Origin: Mobula hypostoma | Lineage: Eukaryota | Assembly: GCF_963921235.1 (NCBI RefSeq) | Contig: NC_086097.1 | Coordinates: 209,066,001-209,130,000, forward strand | DNA length: 64,000 bases | Reading direction: 5' to 3' | In this document: in pieces, positions 12,947 to 25,009 of the stretch | How positions within the stretch are numbered: the first letter of the stretch is position 1 | Layout of the letters: every line of letters begins with the position of its first letter | Notes under the pieces: model-generated | The model's database searches: none | What the model saw: only the letters and a program-made list of their open reading frames with translations | What the model was told of the DNA's origin: nothing | Program-made: the position numbers and the translations under genes

Positions 12947-14284
12947 TCCATCCCCCATCAGGAAGGTCTCAAAGCTCTACGCTTCTTTTTGGATTCCAGA
13001 CCTAATCAGTTCCCCTCTACCACCACTCTGCTCCGTCTAGCAGAATTAGTCCTTACTCTTAATAATTTCTCCTTTTGCTCCTCCCATTTCCTCCAAACTA
13101 AAGGTGTAGCTATGGGCACCCGTATGGGTCTTAGCTATGCCTGCCTTTTTGTTGGGTTTGTGGAACAATCTATGTTCCGTGCCTATTCTGGTATCTGTCC
13201 CCCACTTTTCCTTCGCTACATCGACGACTGCATTGGCGCTGCTTCCTGCATGCATGCAGAACTCGTTGACTTTATTAACTTTGCCTCCAACTTTCACCCT
13301 GCCCTCAAGTTTACCTGGTCCATTTCCGACACCTCCCTCCCCTTTCTAGATCTTTCTGTCTCTGTCTCTGGAGACAGTTTATCCACTGATGTCTACTATA
13401 AGTCTACTGACTCTCACAGCTATCTGGACTATTCCTCTTCTCACCCTGTCTCTTGCAAAAACGCCATCCCCTTCTCGCAATTCCTCCGTCTCCGCCGCAT
13501 CTGCTCTCAGGATGAGGCTTTTCATTCTAGGACGAGGGAGATGTCTTCATTTTTTAAAGAAAGGGGCTTCCCTTCCTCCACTATCAACTCTGCTCTTAAA
13601 CGCATCTCCCCCATTTCACGTACATCTGCTCTCACTCCATCCTCCCACCACCCCATTAGGAATAGGGTTCCCCTGGTCCTCACCTACCACCCCACCAGCC
13701 TCCGGGTCCAACATATTATTCTCCGTAACTTCCGCCACCTCCAACGGGATCCCACCACTAAGCATATCTTTCCCTCCCCCCCTCTCTCTGCATTCCGCAG
13801 GGATCGCTCCCTACACAACTCCCTTGTCCATTCGTCCCCCCCATCCCTCCCCACTGATCTCCCTCCTGGCACTTATCCGTGTAAGCGGAACAAGTGCTAC
13901 ACATGCCCTTACACTTCCTCCCTTACCACCATTCAGGGCCCCAAACAGTCCTTCCAGGTGAGGCATCACTTCACCTGTGATTCGACTGGGGTGATATACT
14001 GCGTCCGGTGCTCCCGATGTGGCCTTTTATATATTGGTGAGACCCGACGCAGACTGGGAGACCGCTTTGCTGAACATCTACGCTCTGTCCGCAAGAGAAA
14101 GCAGGATCTCCCAGTGGCCACACATTTTAATTCCACATCCCATTCCCATTCTGACATGTCTATCCACGGCCTCCTCTACTGTAAAGATGAAGCCACACTC
14201 AGGTTGGAGGAACAACACCTTATATTCCGTATGGGTAGCCTCCAACCTGATGGCATGAACATTGACTTCTCTAACTTCCGCTAG
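12947..14284 (+). CDS. Penelope-like RT (C-terminal part) - Cys-rich linker - GIY-YIG endonuclease, open frame but N-truncated
   Basis: SIPHQEG, GVAMGTRMG, FLRYIDD, LKFT, LPFLDL, PCKRNKCYTCP, VIYCVRCSRCGLLYIGETRRRLGDRFAEH. No internal stop; no native start codon. Confidence 0.9.
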   Translation, partial: SIPHQEGLKALRFFLDSRPNQFPSTTTLLRLAELVLTLNNFSFCSSHFLQTKGVAMGTRMGLSYACLFVGFVEQSMFRAYSGICPPLFLRYIDDCIGAASCMHAELVDFINFASNFHPALKFTWSISDTSLPFLDLSVSVSGDSLSTDVYYKSTDSHSYLDYSSSHPVSCKNAIPFSQFLRLRRICSQDEAFHSRTREMSSFFKERGFPSSTINSALKRISPISRTSALTPSSHHPIRNRVPLVLTYHPTSLRVQHIILRNFRHLQRDPTTKHIFPSPPLSAFRRDRSLHNSLVHSSPPSLPTDLPPGTYPCKRNKCYTCPYTSSLTTIQGPKQSFQVRHHFTCDSTGVIYCVRCSRCGLLYIGETRRRLGDRFAEHLRSVRKRKQDLPVATHFNSTSHSHSDMSIHGLLYCKDEATLRLEEQHLIFRMGSLQPDGMNIDFSNFR

Positions 14285-14576
14285 GCCCCACCTCCCCCTC
14301 GTACCCCATCTGTTACTCTTTTTTATGCACACATTCTTTCTCTCACTCTCCTTTTTCTCCCTCTGTCCCTCTGAATATACCTCTTGCCCATCCTCTGGGT
14401 CACCCCCCCCCCCGTCTTTCTTCCCGGACCTCCTGTCCCATGATCCTCTCGTATCCCCTTCTGCCTATCACCTGTCCAGCTCTCGGCTCCATCCCTCCCC
14501 CTCCTGTCTTCTCCTATCATTTTGCATCTCCCCCTCCCCCTCCAGCTTTCAAATCCCTTACTCACTCTTCCTTCAG

Positions 14577-14614
14577 TTAGTCCTGACGAAGGGTCTCGGC
14601 CTGAAACATCGACT
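14577..14614 (+). ncRNA. Minimal hammerhead ribozyme motif in PLE pseudo-LTR
   Basis: AGTC-CTGACGA-agggtctcggcct-GAAAC-ATC-GACT: core boxes plus stem I (AGTC/GACT). G>A change before the UC cleavage site. Confidence 0.7.
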
Positions 14615-15544
14615 GCACCTCTTCCTATAGATGCTGCTTGGCCTGCTGCGTTCACCAGCAACTTTGATGTATGTTGTTACAATAAATATAAAATTGCTTA
14701 TACACATAAAGTGATTATATGTCCATAAAGTGACACTAGGTACAGGGGTGTCTGTACATAAGATGACTCTGACAGGAAGTGATAAAGTAGTGGTGGTGGA
14801 GGGCGTGGAAAGATGGGTTAATGGGTAGAGGTGTTAATCAGCCTTACTGCTTGGGGAAAATAATTGTTTTGAGTCTGGTGGTCCTGGTGTGGATGCTACT
14901 TAGTCTCCTTCCCGATGAGAGTAGAACAGACAGTTCATGAGCAGAGCGGATGGGATCATTGATGATGTTACAGGCCCTTTTCTGGCACCTTTCTGTATAT
15001 ATGTCCTTGATGGTGAGTAGGTTGGTGCCGATGATGTGTTGGGCAATTTCGACTTCTCATTATAGTGCCTTCCTGTCCACTGCAGTGCAGCTTCCATGCC
15101 GTGCAGTAAGGCAGCACGTTAGGATGCATCTTACTGTGCATCTGTACAATGACATGAGTATAGATGTGCAAAGTCCAGCTCTCTACAGCTTCCTTGGAAA
15201 GTAAAGGCATTAGTCAGCTTTCCTGACTGTGTGGTATGTGTTCTGGGACCATGAGAAGTTGTACAAGATGTGCACTCCCAAGAATTTGAAAGTGCTCACA
15301 ATTTCTACTGCTGTGCCCCAATAGAAAGAGTGGGGCTAGTGAATATACAATTCAGTTTCAATTCTAACATAAAAGGAACTTTGAAAACATGATTGTTTGA
15401 TGAATTGTGGAGCCAAGAGTGATACAGGGAAAGGAGAATATAAGGTCCAGGAGAAAAAAATTAGCAATTCTTCTGTTAGCATCTGTAAAGTCACACAGGG
15501 AGATTTATGTCCCTACTGAAGGGATTACAAAACCTGCCAGCATA

Positions 15545-16895
15545 CAATCACAGAGCAATACAGTATGGATACGCAGCCCACTATCCTAATGAATCCAGCC
15601 AACTACATTGTATAACCAACTAGTCCCAACTTCCTGCATTTGGCCCACATACCTCTAGCCCCCTGCACTCCATGTACCTATCAAAGTGCTTCTTAAAGGA
15701 TTATAGTTGCCTCAACTGCTTACTTCCTCTGGCAGTTCATTCCATATACTCACCATCTGCATGAAAAAATTAAATCCTTTTCAAATCTTTTCCCTCTCAT
15801 CCGAAATCTGTGCCCTTAGTATTGGACTCCCCTACCTTGGGACAAGAGCTGTTACCATCCATCTCATCAATGCTTCTCATAATTTTAAAGTTTTCTCCTT
15901 GTTCTCCTACATTGCATGAAATAAATGTCTGTCCTGGCCAATCTCTCTCTATAATCCAGGCCCTCTACTCTTGGCAATATCTTTGTAAATCTTTTCTGCA
16001 CTCTTCCCAGTTTAACCACATCTTTCCTATAACAGGGTGACAAAACTGTCCACAGTGCAACTTCACCAACAATTTATACAATTACAAGTTCATGTCTCAA
16101 CTTTTATACACTGTGACTAAAAGCCAGCGTAATAAATGTCTTTCTCCACCTTGTCTGCCTGTGATGCCACATTCACTGATGCTACATCCTACACTGTTTT
16201 GACATGTCAAAATGCATCATCGCACATTTATCTGCATTGAAATCTATTTGCCACTCCTTCACCCACTTTCCTAATTGATCAAGATCCCTCTGTAATCTTC
16301 GGCACTATCAACAACACCTTCTAACTTTCTCATCTGCAAATTTGCTGATCAAGCCTTCTACATTCACATTCAAATCATTTACACAAATAATGAATAACCA
16401 GGTTTTCAACAGCAACCCCTGAGGCACACGACTAATCACTGGCCTCCATTCCAAGAAATAACCTTCAGTTACCACACTTTACTTCCTATCTTCACCTAAC
16501 TGGCTCACCCTGGCTTTGACCTACCCTTCCAGACCAGCCTACCATGCAGGACCTTGTTGAAGACAATGCTAAAGTCCAAATCTACCCTTTTGGTTACCTC
16601 TTCAAAGAACTCTAAAAGATTTGCAAACATAACTTCCCATGCACAAAACTCTTCCTAATTAGATGGTGACTATCAAATGCTGGTAAATCCTGTTCATCAG
16701 GATTCCTTTCAATAACTTCCTCACCACTGATGTGAGGATGACCAGTCTGTCATTCTCTGACTTAAGCTTTCTACCCTTCATTAACAACAGAACAACATTA
16801 GCCACCTTCCAGAAATTCTGGAACTTCAGCAGTGGCTAATGATGAAGAAAATTTCTCTGCAAGGTCCTCTGCAATTTTTTCTCTAGCCTCCCAGC
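15545..16895 (-). mobile_element. Degraded CR1 LINE (RT region to 3' end)
   Basis: Reverse-strand remnants of SGVPQG, SKFAD and QFWSP segments and a CR1 3' UTR. Confidence 0.7.
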
Positions 16896-17254
16896 GATAC
16901 AAAGAAAGTGATCCTGCAGAGTAATATAGAAACAAACAGCAGGGGTGTTAATTCAATGCAGTGATCCTGCAAATGGTTTAAAGGGCAATTAAGAAGCCTA
17001 CTGGGCAATAGTCAGGAGAAAATGTGCTTAGGTTCCTGAGAGAATAAGAGAGAATAGATACTGTTGTTTTATTTTCCCAGATGAATAGTCTGTGTTATTT
17101 GATAACACATTTCATCACTGGAGCATAGTAATATGCACTGAATGTTTGGGAGTTAGCTGGTCGCTTGATCATTCTCAGGATCTCTGTGCAAGCACACTAT
17201 CCTGTTATTGGATGAGACCATCTTCTTCATAAAGGAATGTCTTTTGCCATAAAG

Positions 17255-18427
17255 GAATTTGCCTATCGCAACAATAGGTCTACAGTGGATGTGATCTCAT
17301 TGGCTCTTCACACGGCCCTGGACAATACTAATACTTATGTCAGGGTGTTGTTTATTGACTGGAGCTCAGCATTCAACACAAACTTTCCTACACATTTGAT
17401 CAAAAGTCTCTAAAACCTGGGCTTTCTGTACCTCCCTCTGCAACTAGATCCTTGACTTCCTCACATGAAGACCATAGTCTGTGTGGATTGTAAATAACAT
17501 CTCCACGTCACTGATAATCAACACTGACACACCTCAAAGATGTGTGCTTAGCCCATTGCTTTACTCTCTCTACACCCATGACTGTGTGGCTAGATCAAAC
17601 GCCATCTATAAATTTGCTGATGACGCAACTATTGTTGGGAGAATTTCAGATGGTGACAAGAAGGCGTACAGGAGTAAGATAGATCAGCTAGTTGAGTAGT
17701 GTCACAGCAACAATCTTACACTCAACATCAGTAAGACCAAAGACTTGATTGTGGACTTCAGAAAGGGTAAGATGAGGAAACACACCAGTCATCATAGAAG
17801 GATCAGAAGGAAGCAAGCTCAAGTTATTGAGTGTCAACATCTCTGAGGATCTAATCTGGACCCAACATATCGATGCGGCTAAAAAGAATCAATATTTCAT
17901 TGCGAGTTTGTGGAGATTTTAGTATGTTACCAAAGATGCTCACAAATTTCTACAGATGTGCCGTATATAGCATTTTAAGTGGCTGCATCACAGTCTGGAC
18001 TGGGGGTGTAGCCACTGAACAGGATTGAAGTAAGCTGCAGAAAGTTCTAAACTCTGTCAGCCCCATCATGGACATCTTCAAGGAGCAATACTTCAAACAG
18101 CAGCATCCTTCATTAAGGACCCCCATCAGCTAGGACATGCCTTCTTCCCATTGCTACCATCAGGGAAGAGGTACAGGAGGCTGAAGGTACACACCCAATG
18201 ATTCAGGACAACTTCTTCCCCTCTGCCATCAGATTTCTAAATGGACAATGAACCCATGGACACTACCTCACTACTTATTTTTTCTCTGTCAGTATTACTT
18301 ACTTAATTTATGTTTATTTAATATATTTATACTTACCATATTTAGTTTATATATATATATATATATACTGCTGCCACACAACAATACATTTCATGATATT
18401 TGCCAGTGATATTAAACCTGATTCTGA
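17255..18427 (+). mobile_element. Rex1/Babar-like LINE, RT to 3' end
   Basis: [18 protein letters not shown]...YKFADDATIVG; tail gatattaaacctgattctga. Confidence 0.85.
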
Positions 18428-18641
18428 GAATATTGAGAACTTAATGTTAGTTTCTGCCCTAGTTCATTCCAAACAGTTGGGTAACATGGAAATCTGCCCC
18501 CTACAGTTTTCTCTGGGATGCACACTTGCACTGGAAATGATCATTGGCTTGTTGTAGATAATCAGCTCAGTCAAAGAGGATCTGTCGTCTGCCTGAAATC
18601 TGTTGGTCTTTCAAAAGAAGCAGCCATCCATGACCAAGAAA

Positions 18642-18833
18642 TGCAAACACGAGGAAATCTGCAGATGCTGGAAATTCAAGCAACACACACAAAATGCTGG
18701 TGGAATGCAGCAGGCCAGGCAGCATCTATAGGAAGAAGTTCTGACGGAGGGTCTCGGCCCAAAATGTCGACTGTACCTCTTCCTTTAGATGCTGCCCGGC
18801 CTGCTGCGTTCCACCAGCATTTTGTGTGTGTTG
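18642..18833. mobile_element. PLE fold-back mini-insertion (inverted pseudo-LTR ends around a degenerate hammerhead)
   Basis: Arms 18680-18736 and 18778-18834 are near-perfect inverted repeats. 13-bp TSD catgaccaagaaa at 18629-18641 and 18834-18846. Confidence 0.85.
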
Positions 18834-18849
18834 CATGACCAAGAAACGT

Positions 18850-19065
18850 TGTTGGGGATTTTTTCATATATACGTCATTAAATTTGTTGTTTTGTGGCAA
18901 GACATAAAAAATTACTACGAGTTACAAAAATAAATAATTAATGCAATAGACAAATATTGAGATAATGTTCATGGGCCCATGTACTGTTCACAAACCTTGT
19001 GGCTGCTCTTAAACTGTGAGTGTGGGACTTCAGCCTCAGCAGTTCCTCCCCAATGGCAGTTACCG
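18850..19065 (-). mobile_element. Degraded Rex1/Babar-like 3' UTR fragment
   Basis: aaatttgttgttttgtggca...gttcatggg...gtgtgggacttcagcctc resembles 19362-19665. Confidence 0.5.
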
Positions 19066-19361
19066 TGTGGTAATCACGAGTAAAATACTGTTGACCAATG
19101 TGATGCGTGCATCCTGATAAGGACCAGGGAATGGATAGGAAATCATTGAACAGACTCCAGTGGCAAATTAGAAGGACTAACTATGCATTGCAGTTGCAAA
19201 ATACATCATTAGCATTGATGTAGGCAAGGAACATCAACAAACTGCTGACCATATTTGGAAACAGCTGCAAATGGCAAATTGCACTCAGAACCTATTGCAG
19301 CTTGAAATGATGAACTAAGGATCCAGGAAATGTGAGAATTGGTTATAGAACTTTGGTGGTT

Positions 19362-19665
19362 CAGAATCAGAACTTGATTTAATATCACCGGCACATATCA
19401 TGAAATATGTTGTCTTGCGGCAGCAGTACATTGCAAAACATAGTACTGAAGACTACAAATTACAATAAGATGTATGTATAAAAAATAAATGAAATATGTA
19501 GTGCAAAAAAGAGGGAAAATACCGAGGAAGTGTTCATGGGTTCATTGTCCATTCAGAAATCTGATGACGGAGGGGAAGAAGCTGTTCCTGAAACGTTCAG
19601 TATGTGTCTTCAGGCTCCTGTACCTCCTCCTTGATGGTAGCAATGAGAAGAGAGCAAGTTCTTGC
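19362..19665 (-). mobile_element. Rex1/Babar-like 3' end
   Basis: cagaatcagaa tail plus the reverse of FRNSFFPS and LLPSRRRYRSLK. Confidence 0.8.
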
Positions 19666-19905
19666 TGAAGTTTTGACACTCTTATCTGTACCTTCATTGA
19701 ATCAATTTTCACAACAATCACAGTTCAAGTCTTTTCTTAGCTTGTTTGCCACTGAAACCTTTGTCCTTGAGTAAATTGGAAGTAAATATAAAGTCCAGAA
19801 GTAAATTAAAACTACAATGCATCCTTGAACAATAAATGACTGTGCAGGCTGACACAGAATGCTGGAGGAACTCAGCAGGCCAGGCAACATCGATAGAAAA
19901 GTGTA

Positions 19906-19943
19906 CAGTCGACATTTCAGGTCGAGACCCTTCATCAGCACTG
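19906..19943 (-). ncRNA. Hammerhead ribozyme motif (degenerate)
   Basis: Reverse complement: cagtg-CTGATGA-agggtctcgacct-GAAAT-GTC-gactg. Confidence 0.55.
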
Positions 19944-20124
19944 GAGAAAAGAAGATGAGGAGTCAGAGTTAGATGGTGGGGTGAGTGGACGAAGAAACCC
20001 AAGGTGATAGGTGAGACCAGGAGGGGTAAACATGAGGAAACCTGTAGATGCTGGAATTTCAAGCAACACACATAAAAGTTGCTGGTGAACGCAGCAGGCC
20101 AGGCAACATCTTTAGGGAGAGGTA

Positions 20125-20162
20125 CAGTCGATGTTTCGGCCGAGACCCTTCGTCAGGACTAA
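20125..20162 (-). ncRNA. Hammerhead ribozyme motif
   Basis: Reverse complement: ttagtc-CTGACGA-agggtctcggcc-GAAAC-ATC-gactg. Confidence 0.65.
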
Positions 20163-22029
20163 CTGAAGGAAGAGTTAGTAAGAGATTTGAAAGTGGGAGG
20201 GGGAGGGGGAGATCCAAAATGATAGGAGAAGACAGGAGGGAGAGGGATGGAGCCAAGAGCTGGACAGTTGATTGGCAAAAGGGATATGAGAGGATCATGG
20301 AACGGGAGGCCTAGGGAGAAGGAAAAGGGGGAGGAGGGGAAACCCAGAGGATGAGCAAGGGGTATAGTGAGGAGGACAGACGGAGAAAAAGGAAAGAGAG
20401 AGAAAGAATGTGTGTATATAAATAAATAACGGATGAGGTACGAGGGGGAGGTGGTGCATTAGCAGAAGTTTGAGAAGTCAATGTTCATGCCATCAGGTTG
20501 GAGGCTACCCAGACAGAATATGAGGTGTTGTTCCTCCAACCTGAGTGTGGCTTCATCTTTACAGTAGAGGAGACCGTGGATAGACGTATCAGAATGGGAC
20601 GTGGTAAGGGTCAAGTTGTTTGCTGAAAGAGATACAGGGCAGGAGAAGGGGGAGTCTGATAGAAGAGGACAGAAGGCATTGAAGAAAGAAAAGGGGGAGG
20701 AGCACCAGAGGGAGGTGCTGATGAACAGGTAAGGAGATAAGGTAAGAGAGGGAATTGGGAATGGGAGTGTGAAGGACAGGGGTTGGGGGTGGGGAGCACT
20801 ACCAGAAGTTCGAGAAATCGGTGTTCATGTCATTAGATTGGAGGCTACCCAGACAGAGTATAAGGTGTTTCTCCTCCAACCTGAGTGTGGCCACACCGCA
20901 ACAGTAGAGGAGGCCATCGATTGTCATGTCGGAATGGGAATGTGGAATGGAATTAAAATGGGCGGCTACTAGGAAATCCCGTTTTTCCTGGCAGACAGAG
21001 AAGCGGTCTCCTAATGTAAGTCGGGTCACACTGGTATACGTGAGGCCACACCAGGAGCACTGGATACAGTAAATGACCCCAAGAGACTCACAGGTGAAGT
21101 GTCACCTCATCTGGAAGGACTGTTTGGGTCCCTGAATGGTAGTTAGGGAGGAGGTGTAGGGGCAGGTGTAGCACTTGTTCCACTTGCAAGGATAAGTACC
21201 AAGAGGGAGATCTGTTGGGAGGGACAAATGGGAGCGATCCCTGCAGAAAGTGGGGGGGTGGGGGAGGGTAAGATATGCTTGGGCTTAAAACCGACTGTAA
21301 ATGGAGCTGAAAACTAACAGCACCTGTAAGTTTCTCAGAGGAATTACGGCAGTGGGGAAAGGATGACAGTTGATTGAACTTACTTTAAGATTTAAACAGC
21401 AGAGCAACAGAAGGGAAGCACTAACTGAATCTTAATTACCAACGTAGTCCAGGTTTTGGAAGTCAACTTTGGGAAAGAAATTGCGGTGTTCCTTAGAGAA
21501 AGCAGTGTGCAACCTTGGTGGGAGTGTTGAAAGATGAATGTCTGTGGTGCTGGATATTTAACATTATTGAGGCTAAAATTTGTCTGCATTCAAATTTAAA
21601 GCTAGTGGAACTAAAAAAAATCACTGCCCATGATATTTTTTTTCAATTATCCCTCTTTTTGATTCTTTGCCTTTGTAAGTCCTGGTTTTTCCACCTTTCT
21701 TATTTCCTTGCCATCATCACAGTTTTGCCTTCATTTAACTGGAAAAGACGTACAAACAAATTACAACAAATGGTCAAAGCTCGGGGGAGACAGTAATTTG
21801 CTCCTTTAGAATCAGTGTATCTTCATCTGTTTGAGCCGTTAAAATTATTCACTATAACCATAGTTGATCTACCTTCCTGCACTTTCCCATATATCCTAAA
21901 TGCTTCAGTATTCAAATTTGTGGTCAGTCACTGGAATAGATTGCAATCATGCAGCCTCTGAGTGATTGACTCCTCTCCATTTTTTGAAAAGCAATAGTAG
22001 TAGCTGCTGAAAATCTGAGTTAATTAATT

Positions 22030-22325
22030 CATTCATTCATTTCGAGATACCGCACAGATTTGGCCCTTCCAGCCCTTTGAGCTGCAATGCACAGCAGCTC
22101 CGACAACCCTGATTTAATCCTAACCTAATCACGGGACAATTTAGAATAACCGATTCACCTAACCAGTATATCTTTGGACTGCGGGTGGCAACCAGAGGAC
22201 CTGGGGAAAACACACATAATCCATGGGGAGGACGTACAGACTCCTTACTGATGACGCTGCGATTGAACTCCATTGTCCCAGGTTGTAGTAGCGACGTGCT
22301 AACCACTACATTATCATGGTGTTCT
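22030..22325 (-). mobile_element. tRNA-derived V-SINE (HE1-like)
   Basis: Reverse complement has tgtagtggttagcacg (A box), gagttcaatcgc (B-box-like), cagtccaaaga V-domain piece and a CR1-like tail. Confidence 0.75.
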
Positions 22326-22961
22326 CCTGCAGAAATTGCTGGAAATGATACTATTAATGGATTTTCGAATTAATCTACTGCGTGTGAATTTGCAGTATTT
22401 TTGAAAGAAAAGCACAATAAAATATTATGTAGCAGCCTTGAAGTTTGCACGTCCAACAACAGACATCAGGTGAGATTTTCCTGTTTACTAAAATTATTTC
22501 CCTGACCTCCAGCTCACCCAAATTACATCATCAAAATGTATTTCCAGTGAGTTTTCCGACTGCATTGGTCCATAATAGCCATGCAATGAGGTTATAACTC
22601 ACAAAAACAATCCTGAATCTGAGAAACAATATATAGCAGAATATTTATCATATTGTGATCGCAAAACACAGAAGCAAATGAGTCCAGGTAAGTGTAATAA
22701 CTTCACACTCCAGAAACCAGCCAGCAGTGCCATCTTCTGGACTATACAAATTTTCATGTGCATCATTTAGAGATTAAAATATAATAATTTGTCTGTGCAC
22801 TAAAAGGTGTTAAATATAACCAGTCTAATTATTTAGATAGAGATTCGTCACCTCAATTACATTTCATTGCTATGCGTAGATCAATCACTATCAGTGGACT
22901 AAGGTGACAGAAATGGATGCTGCTTTAATTGTTCACTCACAAATTTCTACAGATGTACCAT

Positions 22962-23912
22962 AGCTCAAGTACCATCTATAAATTTGCTGACGATACAACA
23001 ATTGTTGGTAGAATCCTAGGTGGTGACAAGAGGGCGTACAGGAGTGAGATATGCCAACTAGTGGAATGGTGCTGCAGCAACAACCTGGCACTCAACGTCA
23101 GTAAGTAGAAAGAGCTGATTGTGGTCTTCAGGAAGGGTAAGACGAAGTAAAACATACTAATCCTCATAGAGGGATCGGAAGTGGAGACAGTGAGCAGCTT
23201 CAAGTTTCTGGGTGTCAAGATCTCTGAGGATCTAACCTGGTACCAACACATTGATGTAGTCACAAAGAAGGCAAGACAGTGGCTATACTTTATTAGGAGT
23301 TTGAAGAGATTTGGCATGTCAACAAATACACTCAAAAACTTCTATAGTTGTACCGTGGACAGCATTCTGACAGGCTGCATCACTGTCTGGTATGGAGGGG
23401 CTACTGCACAGGACCAAAAGAAGCTGCAGAAGGTTGTAAGTCTAGTCAGCTCCATCTTGGGCACTAGCCTACAAAGTACACAGGACATCTTCAGGGAGCA
23501 GTGTCTCAGAAAGGCAGCGTCCATTATTAAGGACCTCCAGCACCCAGGGCATGCCCTTTTCTCACTATTACCATGAGGTAGGAGATACAGAAGCATGAAG
23601 ACACACACTCAGAGAGTCAGGAACAGCTTCCTCCCCTCTGCCATCCGATACCTAAATGGACCTTGAAGCTTTGGACACTACACTTTTTTTTAATATACAG
23701 TTTCTGTTTTTGCACATTTTTTAATCTATTCAATATATGTAATTTATTTACTTGTTTATTATTATTATGTTTTATTTAATTTATTATTATTATTATTTGT
23801 TTTCTCTGCTAGATTACGTATTGCATTGAACTGCTGCTGCTAAGTTAACAAATGTCACGTCACATGCTGGTGATAATAAACCTGATTCTGATCCCGATTA
23901 TGATTCTGATTC
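22962..23912 (+). mobile_element. Rex1/Babar-like LINE 3' part (younger), nested in an older copy
   Basis: YKFADDTTIVG...METVSSFKFLGVKISEDLTW...SILTGCITVWYG; (GATTCT)n tail. Confidence 0.9.
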
Positions 23913-24430
23913 TGGAGAGTATTCTAGCTGACTGCATCACCATCTGGTATCGGGTGGACGGGGGTGTTGGGGTGGCCTACTACACAGGATCAAAGTAAGC
24001 TGTAGAGAGTTGAAAACTTAATCAACTTCATCATGGGCACTAGGTTCTATAGTATCCAGGACATCTTCAAGGAGCAATGCCTCAAAAAGGAGGCGTCCTT
24101 CATTAAGGACCCACATCACCTAGGTCCTACCCTCATCTTATAACTACTATCAGGAAGGAGGTACAGAAGCCTGAAGGCACACACTCAGTGTTTCTGGAAC
24201 AGCTTATTCTCCTCTTCCATCTGATTTCTGAATGAAAATTGAACACAAGACACTACCTTATTACTTTTTTATTTCTATTTTTGCACTACTTATTTAATTT
24301 AACTATTATATAATGTATATACTTACTGTAAATCACAGTTTCTCTATTATTATGTATTACATTATACTACGGCCACAAAGTTAGCAAATTTCAGGACATA
24401 TACAGGTGATATTAAACCTGATTCTGATTC
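23913..24430 (+). mobile_element. Rex1/Babar-like LINE 3' part (older; its 5' piece is at ~22935-22961)
   Basis: cactcacaaatttctacagatgtaccat resumes as ggagagtattctagctgactgcatcac; tail cctgattctgattc. Confidence 0.8.
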
Positions 24431-25009
24431 ATAATACTGGCCTGCGAGTAGGAATAATTATAAACAGAACTGAAAATTCATAATATTTACGATTTTTCAG
24501 TCATTGTATAAATGCAGTGTTACAATGCCACAAATATGAATGGAACTGAATTGGCAGAACAACCATATCAACAGCTACAGCCTTCTAAATTAGATAGCAA
24601 CTTTGCTCATTTCTTACCTTCTAATGTTCTTCCTTCAGTTGTCACTCTTAAAATGATGACTATTCGTGTGTTGTCACATGTTCTAAGAATTTAAAGAGCT
24701 TGAACATGGGCAACAAATTCGTAGAATTGGGCCAGTCACACCACATCTAATTCTGTTCTCAGTTGGGATCCTCACAAGTTCTCTGCAACAGGAGTTATTG
24801 AATATCAATGAAGAAATTAAAACATCAGGTGGTTTCTCCACGCTGTAGTTTGACAAATAAAGAATGATAATTTTTCTTCTGATTGATATGGTCAGTCCCA
24901 AATCATATACCTCATTAAGAATTGCACACTTCTATTGCTTTTATATCAATATTTTCCAGACCAACGAGAAACTTGTTAAAATGTTCTATATAATATTACA
25001 TATATCCAT

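Larger units (their letters stand above)
12847..14678 (+). mobile_element. Penelope-like element (Neptune-type), 5'-truncated, with inverted 5' pseudo-LTR piece
   Basis: RT + GIY-YIG ORF. 12886-12944 is the exact 59-bp reverse complement of 14618-14676. 14-bp TSD acaataaatataaa at 12833-12846 and 14679-14692. Confidence 0.95.
12702..15330 (-). mobile_element. Rex1/Babar-like LINE 3' part with (TTGAACC)-type tail, split by the Penelope insertion
   Basis: 12702-12846 plus 14693-15330 are colinear with the copy at 52161-53600; the C-terminal coding region is of the Rex type. Confidence 0.75.
19849..21282 (-). mobile_element. Older PLE 3' fragment (GIY-YIG region + pseudo-LTR) containing a younger PLE fragment at 20027-20600
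   Basis: Two ATLRLEE..LI..LGSLQ..MN.DFSNF termini, at ~20460-20560 and ~20800-20900, and two pseudo-LTRs of different subtypes. Confidence 0.85.
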
